This document shows positions 20,004 to 28,427 of a stretch of DNA of 64,000 nt, in pieces; within the stretch, counting starts at the first letter, position 1; every line of letters starts with the position of its first letter. Below the pieces are notes generated by a model. The model saw only the letters and a list, made by a program, of their open reading frames with translations, ran no database searches and had not been told where the DNA came from. The stretch lies in IMG/VR virus record IMGVR_UViG_3300020413_000001, one strand, 5' to 3'. Position numbers and translations under genes: made by a program. Source of the DNA: an uncultured virus (IMG/VR IMGVR_UViG_3300020413_000001) (Duplodnaviria; Heunggongvirae; Uroviricota; Caudoviricetes).

Positions 20004-20912
20004 TTACGCTCCTGGTGATCCGAAGATACCTCTAGGGTCAGACACGCCAAAAACGTATCTTTCTCTAGCTTTGTATCTAACATTACCAGTATCGAAGTCA
20101 CCTTCCATTTTAGTAGTTAATGGAGTTCTTTCGAAATGTTTCATACCATTTGGCACGTCTGTAATGATAAAGAACGCATCAGTATCTGTTAAGAAATTAT
20201 TAACAGAGTATCCTTGAGGAATCATCCCCATAGATTTGATAGCGTTAACATCATTATCAGCAGTTCCAACTCTACCAGCAGAAGCCATAAGTCTTTCAGC
20301 TGTGAATTGTAGTGCAGATGGAATGATCATTTTCATACCTTTAGCTGCGATTTTTAAACCTCTTTCATCTGTAAGAGCTGCAATGTCAATTAAAGACTGC
20401 TCTAAAGATGTTTCGTTTAAGTCTGCAGCAGTTGCTAGAGTGTTCGAAAACGATCCAGCAATAGTAGTATGCGCAGTGTTAAATAAAGTAACACCGTCAC
20501 CTGAATTGAAAGTTCCTCCAGGCATTCCATTGTTTAATGGACTAACTGCTTTTACTTGTTTAGTTTGAGCCATAGATCTTGCTAAAGCTTTTGTATATCT
20601 AGAAGCAAGTCTATCATACAAGTTGTCTTCAATAGCTTCCTCAGTGATAGCAAACGCTAACGCAATTGTTTCGTTAGTGTATCTAGCTGTGAAAGTTTCT
20701 TGAGCATTATCGTATGTAACACCTGAACCTTCTGGTTTTACTTGTGCTTGAGCGAAACCTGACAACATAACTTCTTCTTCAAAAGCTCTGTCAGATGACT
20801 CTGTAGTATAAATTTCAGCTGACTGATTTTCATACTGTTTGTATTCCAGGCCGAATAAGGCATTCAAACCTGGCTCTAGTTCTTTAACTAGTTGATTACG
20901 TGATATAGCCAT
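20004..20912 (-). CDS. Major capsid protein, 302 aa
   Basis: MAISR.QLVKELEPGLNALFGLEY...SDRAFEEEV...ITEEAIEDNLY...GDFDTGNVRYKARERY; GGAGG SD; follows the scaffold. Confidence 0.9.
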   Translation of the reverse strand: MAISRNQLVKELEPGLNALFGLEYKQYENQSAEIYTTESSDRAFEEEVMLSGFAQAQVKPEGSGVTYDNAQETFTARYTNETIALAFAITEEAIEDNLYDRLASRYTKALARSMAQTKQVKAVSPLNNGMPGGTFNSGDGVTLFNTAHTTIAGSFSNTLATAADLNETSLEQSLIDIAALTDERGLKIAAKGMKMIIPSALQFTAERLMASAGRVGTADNDVNAIKSMGMIPQGYSVNNFLTDTDAFFIITDVPNGMKHFERTPLTTKMEGDFDTGNVRYKARERYVFGVSDPRGIFGSPGA

Positions 20913-20922
20913 ATTATCCTCC

Positions 20923-21501
20923 TTATACCCCTGTAGTATCCAAGAAGAACGACTGGTTAATAATAACTCTCCATACTACATTCGCAGATGTAAGGTCACT
21001 ATTTTCCGGGTCTCTTGAGACACCTATTATTTTAACTTGTTGGTCAGCGTTATTGTTAAGAGTCGAATCATCTAGAGTCGCTCCTGACACATAGTTAGGT
21101 GATCCACCTGCACTATATGCAATATCAGCTGTATTACCAACGTCTGTTTGTGCCGAAGCTCCAGTGTTGTTACTTCTGATTTCGTACTGTTGTAACGGAC
21201 TGTCGTTAACAAGAGCAACAATATCAGTAGCAGTATTACTACCTTGTAGGTAGTTCTGGAACGTAGGCTTTGATGTAGTAGCATCAGTGTAAAAAACACC
21301 GTTTAGAGAGCCGATAATATCTTCAGTACCAGCTATTCCTACCACAGCATATCCACTAGCTGCTTGACATACTAAATCTTGAAAGTATATCGCAGATGAA
21401 GACGCTGCAACAGGGTATTCACCTAAACCCATGTTTTCATAACCATTGCCGTACATTTTAATGGGTTTGCATCCAAACCCAGTTGATGAACTATTAGCCA
21501 T
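20923..21501 (-). CDS. Capsid-associated (cement/decoration-like) protein
   Basis: Likely start MANSSSTGFG after AAGGAG; directly upstream of the capsid gene. Confidence 0.6.
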   Translation of the reverse strand: MANSSSTGFGCKPIKMYGNGYENMGLGEYPVAASSSAIYFQDLVCQAASGYAVVGIAGTEDIIGSLNGVFYTDATTSKPTFQNYLQGSNTATDIVALVNDSPLQQYEIRSNNTGASAQTDVGNTADIAYSAGGSPNYVSGATLDDSTLNNNADQQVKIIGVSRDPENSDLTSANVVWRVIINQSFFLDTTGV

Positions 21502-21584
21502 AGTTGTTTTCTCCTTATGTGAGCTACCCTTGCGGGCCTCCACTCACGGTTAATTTATTCGCTGGGTTGAAGTGTTAAAAATTT

Positions 21585-22076
21585 TTAACTTTTCTTGCCA
21601 CCGAAGGTCGTACGAGTTTGCATATCAATATCGATAGGCATTCCCCTATGCTGTTCCTTCATAAGATCGTTGTCGATTGCGGCCTGTTGATCTTGCGCTT
21701 GTTGTGCAAAATACTCTTGTCTTGACCGTGCGATCTCTTCCGGTACCCTAGTCAGCACTAGGCCTCCGTGCCCGATAACCCCTGCGTATTTGCCGTCGGT
21801 GATTGCTGGAAAGTCCTCATTAGGATATTCGTCGGCTCTTACTAACTCATACCCGGACCTTAAGCGTCCTTGTATGTTTTTCGTGTCAACAAATCCCAAG
21901 ACTTCTATCCTGACCCATCTGTGTCTGAATCCGTCTGGCGCGTTGGGCGTATCTAAGTACGATGGTGGAGTCCAAGGTTTATTTTGCATTTTCGGTTTAA
22001 CCGCTTTTGCTTGTGATTCAACTTTTGTTGTATCACTTTTTACTTGGCTCGCACGAGTTGGTTTCTTTGTATTCAT
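21585..22076 (-). CDS. Conserved head-module hypothetical protein, 163 aa
   Basis: W.PPS.LD.P.APDG..HRWVR...GYELVRADEYP. Confidence 0.6.
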   Translation of the reverse strand: MNTKKPTRASQVKSDTTKVESQAKAVKPKMQNKPWTPPSYLDTPNAPDGFRHRWVRIEVLGFVDTKNIQGRLRSGYELVRADEYPNEDFPAITDGKYAGVIGHGGLVLTRVPEEIARSRQEYFAQQAQDQQAAIDNDLMKEQHRGMPIDIDMQTRTTFGGKKS

Positions 22077-22080
22077 ATGC

Positions 22081-23109
22081 CTATACCTCCTTCGTGTTTA
22101 TAAGTTGTTTCGCATACTCTTCTAGTGGCACACCTAATTTTTTCGCTATTGCGACTTGAGAAGATGTGAGTCTCACTTGTTTGCGACCAGTCTTTGTACT
22201 ACGCGTTGCAGAGGCAACGTTTTGTGTAGGTTTACTAGTCTGTTTTTCTACACTATTACCAAATTTGTGGGGAAATTCAAGTCTTATTCTTTTATCCACT
22301 TCTGCATAATATTCATCAGATTGTGGATCCATACCTTCTTCCTCCGTTAATTTTCGGTGTAGATCGAATGCTGTGTAAGTCATAGCATTATCCTTACCAA
22401 ACCAATCATTTTTTTCAGCCCAAGCTTCTGCTTTAGGGTCTACTGGAGCTGGTTGTTGGATAGGTTGTTGGGCTCTTACAGGTTTTTCTTTAGCAGCAGT
22501 TTCCTCCATTTGATGTTGAGTCTTTATTTCTGCTAATTTACCTTGTTCATAACCTAACTGAGATATTTGAGTTAAAGCCTCTACTTCAGCTTTAGCATCT
22601 TCATTTAGTCTTGCAGCTTTTAATTTTTCTTGGGCTGCTGTTAAAGAAGAAGAAATTCTACCTTCCATTTCGGTAGCATAGTTTTTATCTAAAGATGTTG
22701 ACTTAGCTTCAAATTGATCCCGTTCTTGTTTAACTCGTTGTGCAAATGCGATAGCTTCTTCTCTTTGTCTTTCAGCTTCACGCATTTTTTTAGTCAGTTT
22801 AGCTATTCTTTTCTTAACTCCTTCAGAATATTCTTCAACTGCTTGAGTGTTATCTTGTTGTTGATCACTTTTTGCTTCGTCAGTTTTCTGTGTAACCTCA
22901 CCGCCTTCGTTCTTTTCATCTCGAACATTAGACTGCTCACTAGGTTTCTCAGATGAGTCAGCGGGCTGATCATCGTATACAACATTTGCTTCATTTTTAT
23001 TTTCCTTTTTCTCGTATGTTTTTGTTTCTTCATTTTCTGTTTCTGGCAGTTCTACTCTTGCACCCGGTCCGGATGTATCAAGATTAACTGTTTTTTCTTC
23101 GTCTGGCAT
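22081..23109 (-). CDS. Capsid scaffolding protein, 342 aa
   Basis: Acidic N-terminus, long coiled coil, DPKAEAWAEKNDWFG, C-terminal LT.SQVAIAKKLGVPLEEYAK. Confidence 0.75.
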   Translation of the reverse strand: MPDEEKTVNLDTSGPGARVELPETENEETKTYEKKENKNEANVVYDDQPADSSEKPSEQSNVRDEKNEGGEVTQKTDEAKSDQQQDNTQAVEEYSEGVKKRIAKLTKKMREAERQREEAIAFAQRVKQERDQFEAKSTSLDKNYATEMEGRISSSLTAAQEKLKAARLNEDAKAEVEALTQISQLGYEQGKLAEIKTQHQMEETAAKEKPVRAQQPIQQPAPVDPKAEAWAEKNDWFGKDNAMTYTAFDLHRKLTEEEGMDPQSDEYYAEVDKRIRLEFPHKFGNSVEKQTSKPTQNVASATRSTKTGRKQVRLTSSQVAIAKKLGVPLEEYAKQLINTKEV

Positions 23110-23126
23110 AGTTCCTCCTATGATTA

Positions 23127-23567
23127 TTAAAATTCGTGGAATATATCTTCAGGGTTTTCCACGGTCGCTAAAACTTCATCATCATTTAGAAGTCTTATCT
23201 CACCCCCATCTATTTTAATTCGTGATCCGGCGTATCTTGCAAATACAATCCAATCACCTTTCTTGCACCAAGGACCTTCTGGATATCTTTCTTTGTCATA
23301 GCAGTGCGGGCCCATGGATAATACTAAACCGCAAGTTGATGCTACTTGTGATCTTTCTATTGTATCGTCTGCTAAAATAATTCCACCACTAGTTTTTTCT
23401 TTTTGTTTAAAAGGTAAAACTAAAATTCTCCAACCTGTTGGATTTGGTAGTTTTGAAGATTCGTTAATTTCTTTTTTCTTAGTTGGTTTTACACCGACTA
23501 ATTCTTTATTTGGTAACTCAATCTTTGGTTTTTGAGTTGATGTTGATAACTGTTCCGTCTTGTTCAT
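23127..23567 (-). CDS. groES: Co-chaperonin GroES (Cpn10)
   Basis: PTGWRILV...KTSGGIIL...G.VLSMGP...KGDWIVFARYAG...LLNDDEVLA. Confidence 0.88.
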   Translation of the reverse strand: MNKTEQLSTSTQKPKIELPNKELVGVKPTKKKEINESSKLPNPTGWRILVLPFKQKEKTSGGIILADDTIERSQVASTCGLVLSMGPHCYDKERYPEGPWCKKGDWIVFARYAGSRIKIDGGEIRLLNDDEVLATVENPEDIFHEF

Positions 23568-23754
23568 TTTGCTCCTTTTTATTTAGCAGGGTGGATATTT
23601 CCTGATTTAAATACTGATACGTTCGTATCTGTCCTAGCATATACTGGTATTTTTCCATATTGTCAACACCACCAGACGCCATTGCCGATACTATATCATC
23701 ATGTCTCATCTTTATTATTTTTTTTATTTTATCTATAAATGTCATTTCATCCAT
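23518..23754 (-). CDS. Hypothetical protein, 78 aa
   Basis: ORF track; between portal region and groES. Confidence 0.6.
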   Translation of the reverse strand: MDEMTFIDKIKKIIKMRHDDIVSAMASGGVDNMEKYQYMLGQIRTYQYLNQEISTLLNKKEQNEQDGTVININSKTKD

Positions 23755-23876
23755 TATTTTTTTTTCCTTTTCTTTGGTTTGCTTATTTTACTACCATATT
23801 TTTTAGTCCATTTTTTAGCTATGGCAGGTTCGTTTTTGTATAGATAACGTCTTTGTTTTTCAGATTTAAAGGGCAT
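23754..23876 (-). CDS. Small basic protein, 40 aa (MPFKSEKQRR...KKRKKK)
   Basis: Translated by hand; AGGGAG SD; stop overlaps the next ATG. Confidence 0.65.
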   Translation of the reverse strand: MPFKSEKQRRYLYKNEPAIAKKWTKKYGSKISKPKKRKKK

Positions 23877-24081
23877 CTCTAGGCTCCCTAAAATCTTTAA
23901 TTGCTTGTAGCTTTTCTTGAGCATCTGCAATTTTTTGAAATAGTTTATCTATCTCATCTATATGTTGTGGGTGTTCCCCAATACCTACAGAATTTTCTAA
24001 ATATATTTTAATGGTAGCGTCTGCTTCTGAAATTTGTGCTGTATACCTATCTTCTAAAGCATCTAATATTGCATTTTTCAT
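23866..24081 (-). CDS. Hypothetical protein, 71 aa
   Basis: VGIGEHPQ motif between helices. Confidence 0.65.
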   Translation of the reverse strand: MKNAILDALEDRYTAQISEADATIKIYLENSVGIGEHPQHIDEIDKLFQKIADAQEKLQAIKDFREPRDAL

Positions 24082-24363
24082 TTAACATTTCCATCTTCTA
24101 CGCGCCTGTCTTAGTCTTGAATTAGGATCTTTTGCTGCTTTCGGAAATTGTTTCATTTGGCCGGCGCTTCTAGCGCAATACGACTTACGTCGTTTAGCAG
24201 CTTTTGATCCTGGTTTGACCTTGCCAGTGACCGCTGTTTTTAATTTAGAACCGGGATTTTTTCTTCTATAGGCAGCAACACCGGCTCGTGTCATGCCTGC
24301 TCCAGACTTCGTAGGTCTGAAGTTCTTCTTGTTTCTAGCTGGCATATTGTCAGCTTTACGCAT
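24082..24363 (-). CDS. Small basic phage protein (DUF6321-like)
   Basis: G.KLK.AV...RRKSYCARS.G.MK...DPNSR..ARRRWKC. Confidence 0.65.
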   Translation of the reverse strand: MRKADNMPARNKKNFRPTKSGAGMTRAGVAAYRRKNPGSKLKTAVTGKVKPGSKAAKRRKSYCARSAGQMKQFPKAAKDPNSRLRQARRRWKC

Positions 24364-24665
24364 TATGCCTTCTTCGCAGTTTTAGCTGATCTTTTTAATG
24401 CTTTAGCTGATACTGTTCCAGTACCTTTTCTGCTAGTTCCTGCTTTCTTTCTTTTGTTCATGTAGTAGTAAAGACCTTTCTTAACTCTTCTACCATCTTT
24501 AGTTGTATGATAAGCGCTACCACCTTTTTTAGCTTCAAAACGTGCTCCCATTCCTTTAGCCATTCCTTTAGCTCTTGCCATCTCATAACTAGATTTTTTT
24601 CCGTCTCCGTCTAAATCTCTAGCTTTAATTACTTTTTTATTTCCACTTCCAAATCGTTTAGTCAT
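24363..24665 (-). CDS. Small basic protein, 100 aa
   Basis: Lys/Arg-rich; DLDGDG loop; AKKGG motif. Confidence 0.6.
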   Translation of the reverse strand: MTKRFGSGNKKVIKARDLDGDGKKSSYEMARAKGMAKGMGARFEAKKGGSAYHTTKDGRRVKKGLYYYMNKRKKAGTSRKGTGTVSAKALKRSAKTAKKA

Positions 24666-24666
24666 T

Positions 24667-24807
24667 CTAATATTCCTGTATTACTTTGTTGCAATCGAGA
24701 CAATACTTTATTTTTCTTGTCACGTTGTTTTCGTGATTACAATCTTTTGTCCCTTGTCTAGATGGGATAAAAATTTTTTTTATTTTATTAATAAATTTCT
24801 TAATCAT
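24667..24807 (-). CDS. Small hypothetical protein, 46 aa, with CxH and CxxC
   Basis: Translated by hand; fills the gap between coupled genes. Confidence 0.45.
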   Translation of the reverse strand: MIKKFINKIKKIFIPSRQGTKDCNHENNVTRKIKYCLDCNKVIQEY

Positions 24808-25127
24808 TATTTATTAATTTTTCCAGACTTCTTCGCTTTAGAACCAAACTTACCATAAGACTCATTAGCTGAAGCTCTTAATTGTTTTTTAGTTCTTTTT
24901 TTTCTGATTCTCATAGCGATAGATTCGTCTTTTCTATCTTTGTAACCTTGTTTTTTCTTTTTAACTTTTCCACCTTTTTTGTACATAGCACCACCTGCCA
25001 TGCCCATGTCTGATGGATAGTAACCAGATCTCATGTCTTTTCTCATTGTTCCTCCACCCATAGCTTTTGCTCTTCCGCCTGATGCTAAAGGTTGAGTTGT
25101 CTGTGTATTAAATCTTCTATTTGCCAT
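24807..25127 (-). CDS. Small basic protein with repeated xxGG motifs, 106 aa
   Basis: LASGG, AMGGG, MAGG, YKKGG; AGGAG SD. Confidence 0.65.
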   Translation of the reverse strand: MANRRFNTQTTQPLASGGRAKAMGGGTMRKDMRSGYYPSDMGMAGGAMYKKGGKVKKKKQGYKDRKDESIAMRIRKKRTKKQLRASANESYGKFGSKAKKSGKINK

Positions 25128-25142
25128 TTTTTATCTCCTTAA

Positions 25143-25526
25143 TTATTTTTTTCCATTTCTGAAAATTTGTGTACCCTTTATACCAAAAATACTCGCACAT
25201 ACAAGGATCCATAAATTTGTAAACCAGCTCGGAAGCGCCTGGAAATGCTCAAAGAACATTTTTATCTTTTCCATAGCTGCCGGATCGTCCGACCAGACCC
25301 CATATGCGAGCACCAAAATGGGCAACGTAAGTATACATAAAACTACCTCGTCCTTGTAGTCGTTTTGACGAGCTTCTAACAGTTTGCCCTGGTAAGCTTC
25401 CTCACCTCGGGCCATCTTAGCTGCGTGCATGTGTTGCGCATCAGCCATAGCCATCTTTGTCTCTTGACGCTTCTTGTAAATGTGGGTCCCAGCGTTAAGA
25501 GCTAATTTAATAGCACTAAACCACAT
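25143..25526 (-). CDS. Membrane protein, possibly holin-like, 127 aa
   Basis: Two hydrophobic segments; YKDE...ALP.WF...SIFG pattern. Confidence 0.55.
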   Translation of the reverse strand: MWFSAIKLALNAGTHIYKKRQETKMAMADAQHMHAAKMARGEEAYQGKLLEARQNDYKDEVVLCILTLPILVLAYGVWSDDPAAMEKIKMFFEHFQALPSWFTNLWILVCASIFGIKGTQIFRNGKK

Positions 25527-25527
25527 A

Positions 25528-25752
25528 CTAGTACCACTTAACTGAAGACTTTTTAGAAGCTAACATTCTTCTTTGACCACCAACTTTGTTTACAGTTGGT
25601 TGACCTAGAGGAATTTTAACTTCAACTTCTTTTGCATAACCATCCGCATTAACAGAAAGAGTATTATTAGCATCTGCTTTTGGTGTATCAGATACAACTT
25701 CTCCAACGTAATTTGGATTGTTTTTTGTAAAGAATGTTTTTTGTTTTTTCAT
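25528..25752 (-). CDS. Hypothetical protein, 74 aa
   Basis: ORF track; AGGAG SD. Confidence 0.55.
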   Translation of the reverse strand: MKKQKTFFTKNNPNYVGEVVSDTPKADANNTLSVNADGYAKEVEVKIPLGQPTVNKVGGQRRMLASKKSSVKWY

Positions 25753-25777
25753 AGTTTTCTCCTATTAGTTTCTTATA

Positions 25778-28291
25778 CTATCTTTTAGGACCTTTCAAGA
25801 TCCTAACATCTGTTTGTTTCATCATATCATTCATCATTTTAGCTTCCTGAGACATCATTTGTTTAGTTAATGACGTATCAGCTCTTAATTCAGCTAACTC
25901 TTGATTTTGATCTAATTTTTCATCAAATTGCTGTTGACCCATTAATTGTTTAGATCTGTCTAAATTAATCTTTTCTTGGGCCTGATCACGTTTAGCAGAA
26001 TCATCCATAGCTTTTAAATCAAGTTCTCTTGCTTTTAATTTAGCAATTGGGTCTCCATTATACTCACCCATAATTTTATTTTCTTCATTTTTAAATTCTT
26101 CAGTCATTTCTGCAATTAATTTAGCTTTTCTAGACTCTAAACTCATCGACATTGACGTCATTTGTTGTTGAATCTGTGGATCTTGCTGCAACATAGGATT
26201 TTGTTGCATTGCTTGTTGCAATTGCATTAATTTTGCAATTTCTTCTCTAAATTCTACCTCTAATTGCTCTTGTGCCATCAAAGAAATGTGTTCAAAAATG
26301 TTTTTTTCTAATGCAGCCATTACAATAGGGTTATTTCGAGCAATATTAGTCGCCATAAAGTTTAAATGGGTTGTAATATGGGCTTGATGGTCTTGTCCTT
26401 TAAAAGCTTGGAATGGTTTTCCACTCATTGCAAGAATATTTTCACTTGCAGGGTCCATTGGTTGTGGTTGTTGCGGTGGTGGAAGTATTTTATCAATATT
26501 TTTTACTCCGATTGCTGAATACATTGCATGAAATGCTTCATACAAGTTATGCATTTGCGGATTTGACATTGCAAGTTGTAATTCTGTTTGTGCTAAACTA
26601 ATTCTTTGTGATTGAGAAAAAATATTTGGGTCTGCAACAGGTATAATATCTACTTTATCATCAAAATCTGTCTGTTTTATATTTCTTTGTCCTCCGACTA
26701 CATCATAAGGATACTCTGCAGGCATGTAAGTTTTAAAAACTCCTGCCAATAATTTAAATTCACACTTCATCGCCACATACAATCTTTTATGTATGGCTGA
26801 CATGACTCTGGAACCACGTTCTAAGAGAGCTATGGTCGTACCAACCGCTGCTTGTTGGTTGCCGTCACCGACCTGCATGTCAGCTATGGCGGCAAATCGT
26901 TGCCCTGCCTGTACCACAATACCCATCAACTGTAATAAAGTTGGTGAGGGTTCTTTAAATGGTAATGGCATAAATGCATCCTTGATACTTCCTCCAGGTG
27001 CATCCACATCTCTGAATTCTCCAGGTTGGATTGCCTGCGCTTCATCTCTTACTCGTATTCCTCGTTGTTTAAATCCTGCTGGTAAATTACTTAATGTACC
27101 CGCATCTAGTAGTTGTCTTAGTGCAGTAGTTGCCGTTCTAGACAAACCACCGATCATATGAATTAATCCAAAACCATAAAAACCTAATCCAGGTAGAAAT
27201 TTAAAATGTACAAAGTACTCTATTTTAAGTTTTTGTGGATCGTTAGCTTGATAGTTTCTTCTAATTGATAATATTTGTCTGCTACCCATTTCAAGAGTTA
27301 CAATATATGGAAGTTTAATTCCTGTTGGCTCTCCTGTTGAGTCTTTATCTTCAAAACCTTCTAAATCTAAGTCGGTATGAATTTCTAAAATAGTAAAGAT
27401 GTCTTCATCTCTAGTTTTTTTAATTCCTTCTAATTCTCTTTCTTTTTTCTCTACTTCTGTTTCTTCGTTATAACCTGGTGTTAATTCTATGTCTTGGTAA
27501 AAACCAGAAATTTGTTTTTTTCTTAATTCATTTTCTGACATTTTAATTACATGCACAACAGCTTCAGCATCTTCTAAAGAAGTTGCAGTATACGGTACTA
27601 CTAAATCATCAGCTGGTACAAATTTTGAGACGGCTCTGCCAAGTAGTTCATCGTAATAAACTTTCTTGAACGCAGAGCCGGCAAGAGGGAGATAAAAAAG
27701 CATTTGATCGAACTCGGGTTCGTACTCCTTCATCACATCCATGAGCTGATAGTTCATGAATTCTTTAACTCGGTTTGATTGCTCTTCTCGGGCTCTATCT
27801 GCAAGTCCAATTATTTGAGTATGTACTGGACCTGTAGCCGGTAATAATTCTTTGTAAGCTTGTGCTTGAAATTGTGTGACTGCTTCAGCAAGCACGGGGT
27901 GAGTTGCACCACTTGCTCCTTGAAACGGTTGTGTTGGATTTTCATATTTAAATCCTAAAAGATCTAAACCTTTTGTATAACTATCTTCCCATGCTTTTCT
28001 AGAAGATTTATATTGCATGTAGTTTGCTGCAAGTTCAGAACCTAATTTACCTAAAACATCTTCTGGTAATAGTTCTGCTAAATTATCAAAGTGTGATTCT
28101 GTTCCTGGTTGATTAACTGCTTCAGGATCAAAATTAATTGTTGCGCCACCATCTTCTTCTTGTGTTACTTGAATATCATCAGGACCAACTTGTTCGTCGA
28201 TGGTTTCTTTTTCCATCTCTAAAACTTCTTCTTCTCCTGGTACTTTAATTTCAGTCTCTACGTTTGGTAGGGCTTTGTCTATATCTGCCAT
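25778..28291 (-). CDS. Portal protein, 837 aa
   Basis: PFQGASGATHPVLAEAVTQFQAQAYKELLP, LPLAGSAFKKVYYD, GFYGFGLIH, GTLSNLPAGFK; Gln-rich C-terminal barrel. Confidence 0.9.
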   Translation of the reverse strand: MADIDKALPNVETEIKVPGEEEVLEMEKETIDEQVGPDDIQVTQEEDGGATINFDPEAVNQPGTESHFDNLAELLPEDVLGKLGSELAANYMQYKSSRKAWEDSYTKGLDLLGFKYENPTQPFQGASGATHPVLAEAVTQFQAQAYKELLPATGPVHTQIIGLADRAREEQSNRVKEFMNYQLMDVMKEYEPEFDQMLFYLPLAGSAFKKVYYDELLGRAVSKFVPADDLVVPYTATSLEDAEAVVHVIKMSENELRKKQISGFYQDIELTPGYNEETEVEKKERELEGIKKTRDEDIFTILEIHTDLDLEGFEDKDSTGEPTGIKLPYIVTLEMGSRQILSIRRNYQANDPQKLKIEYFVHFKFLPGLGFYGFGLIHMIGGLSRTATTALRQLLDAGTLSNLPAGFKQRGIRVRDEAQAIQPGEFRDVDAPGGSIKDAFMPLPFKEPSPTLLQLMGIVVQAGQRFAAIADMQVGDGNQQAAVGTTIALLERGSRVMSAIHKRLYVAMKCEFKLLAGVFKTYMPAEYPYDVVGGQRNIKQTDFDDKVDIIPVADPNIFSQSQRISLAQTELQLAMSNPQMHNLYEAFHAMYSAIGVKNIDKILPPPQQPQPMDPASENILAMSGKPFQAFKGQDHQAHITTHLNFMATNIARNNPIVMAALEKNIFEHISLMAQEQLEVEFREEIAKLMQLQQAMQQNPMLQQDPQIQQQMTSMSMSLESRKAKLIAEMTEEFKNEENKIMGEYNGDPIAKLKARELDLKAMDDSAKRDQAQEKINLDRSKQLMGQQQFDEKLDQNQELAELRADTSLTKQMMSQEAKMMNDMMKQTDVRILKGPKR

Positions 28292-28427
28292 TTATATTCT
28301 CCGAGTTCTTGATTGTTGTAGCTTGTTTTGTAGGAACATTCAACCCCTGTGAGTCGGGTCCCTTCAAAGGAGGGATTTCCTTCCATTTGACGTGTTGCAT
28401 ATTTATCACAAGTGTTTTATTTTTCAT
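28251..28427 (-). CDS. Small hypothetical protein, 58 aa (contains IPPLKGPDSQGL)
   Basis: Translated by hand; ATG coupled to the upstream stop; 3' end overlaps the portal start. Confidence 0.45.
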   Translation of the reverse strand: MKNKTLVINMQHVKWKEIPPLKGPDSQGLNVPTKQATTIKNSENINGRYRQSPTKRRD

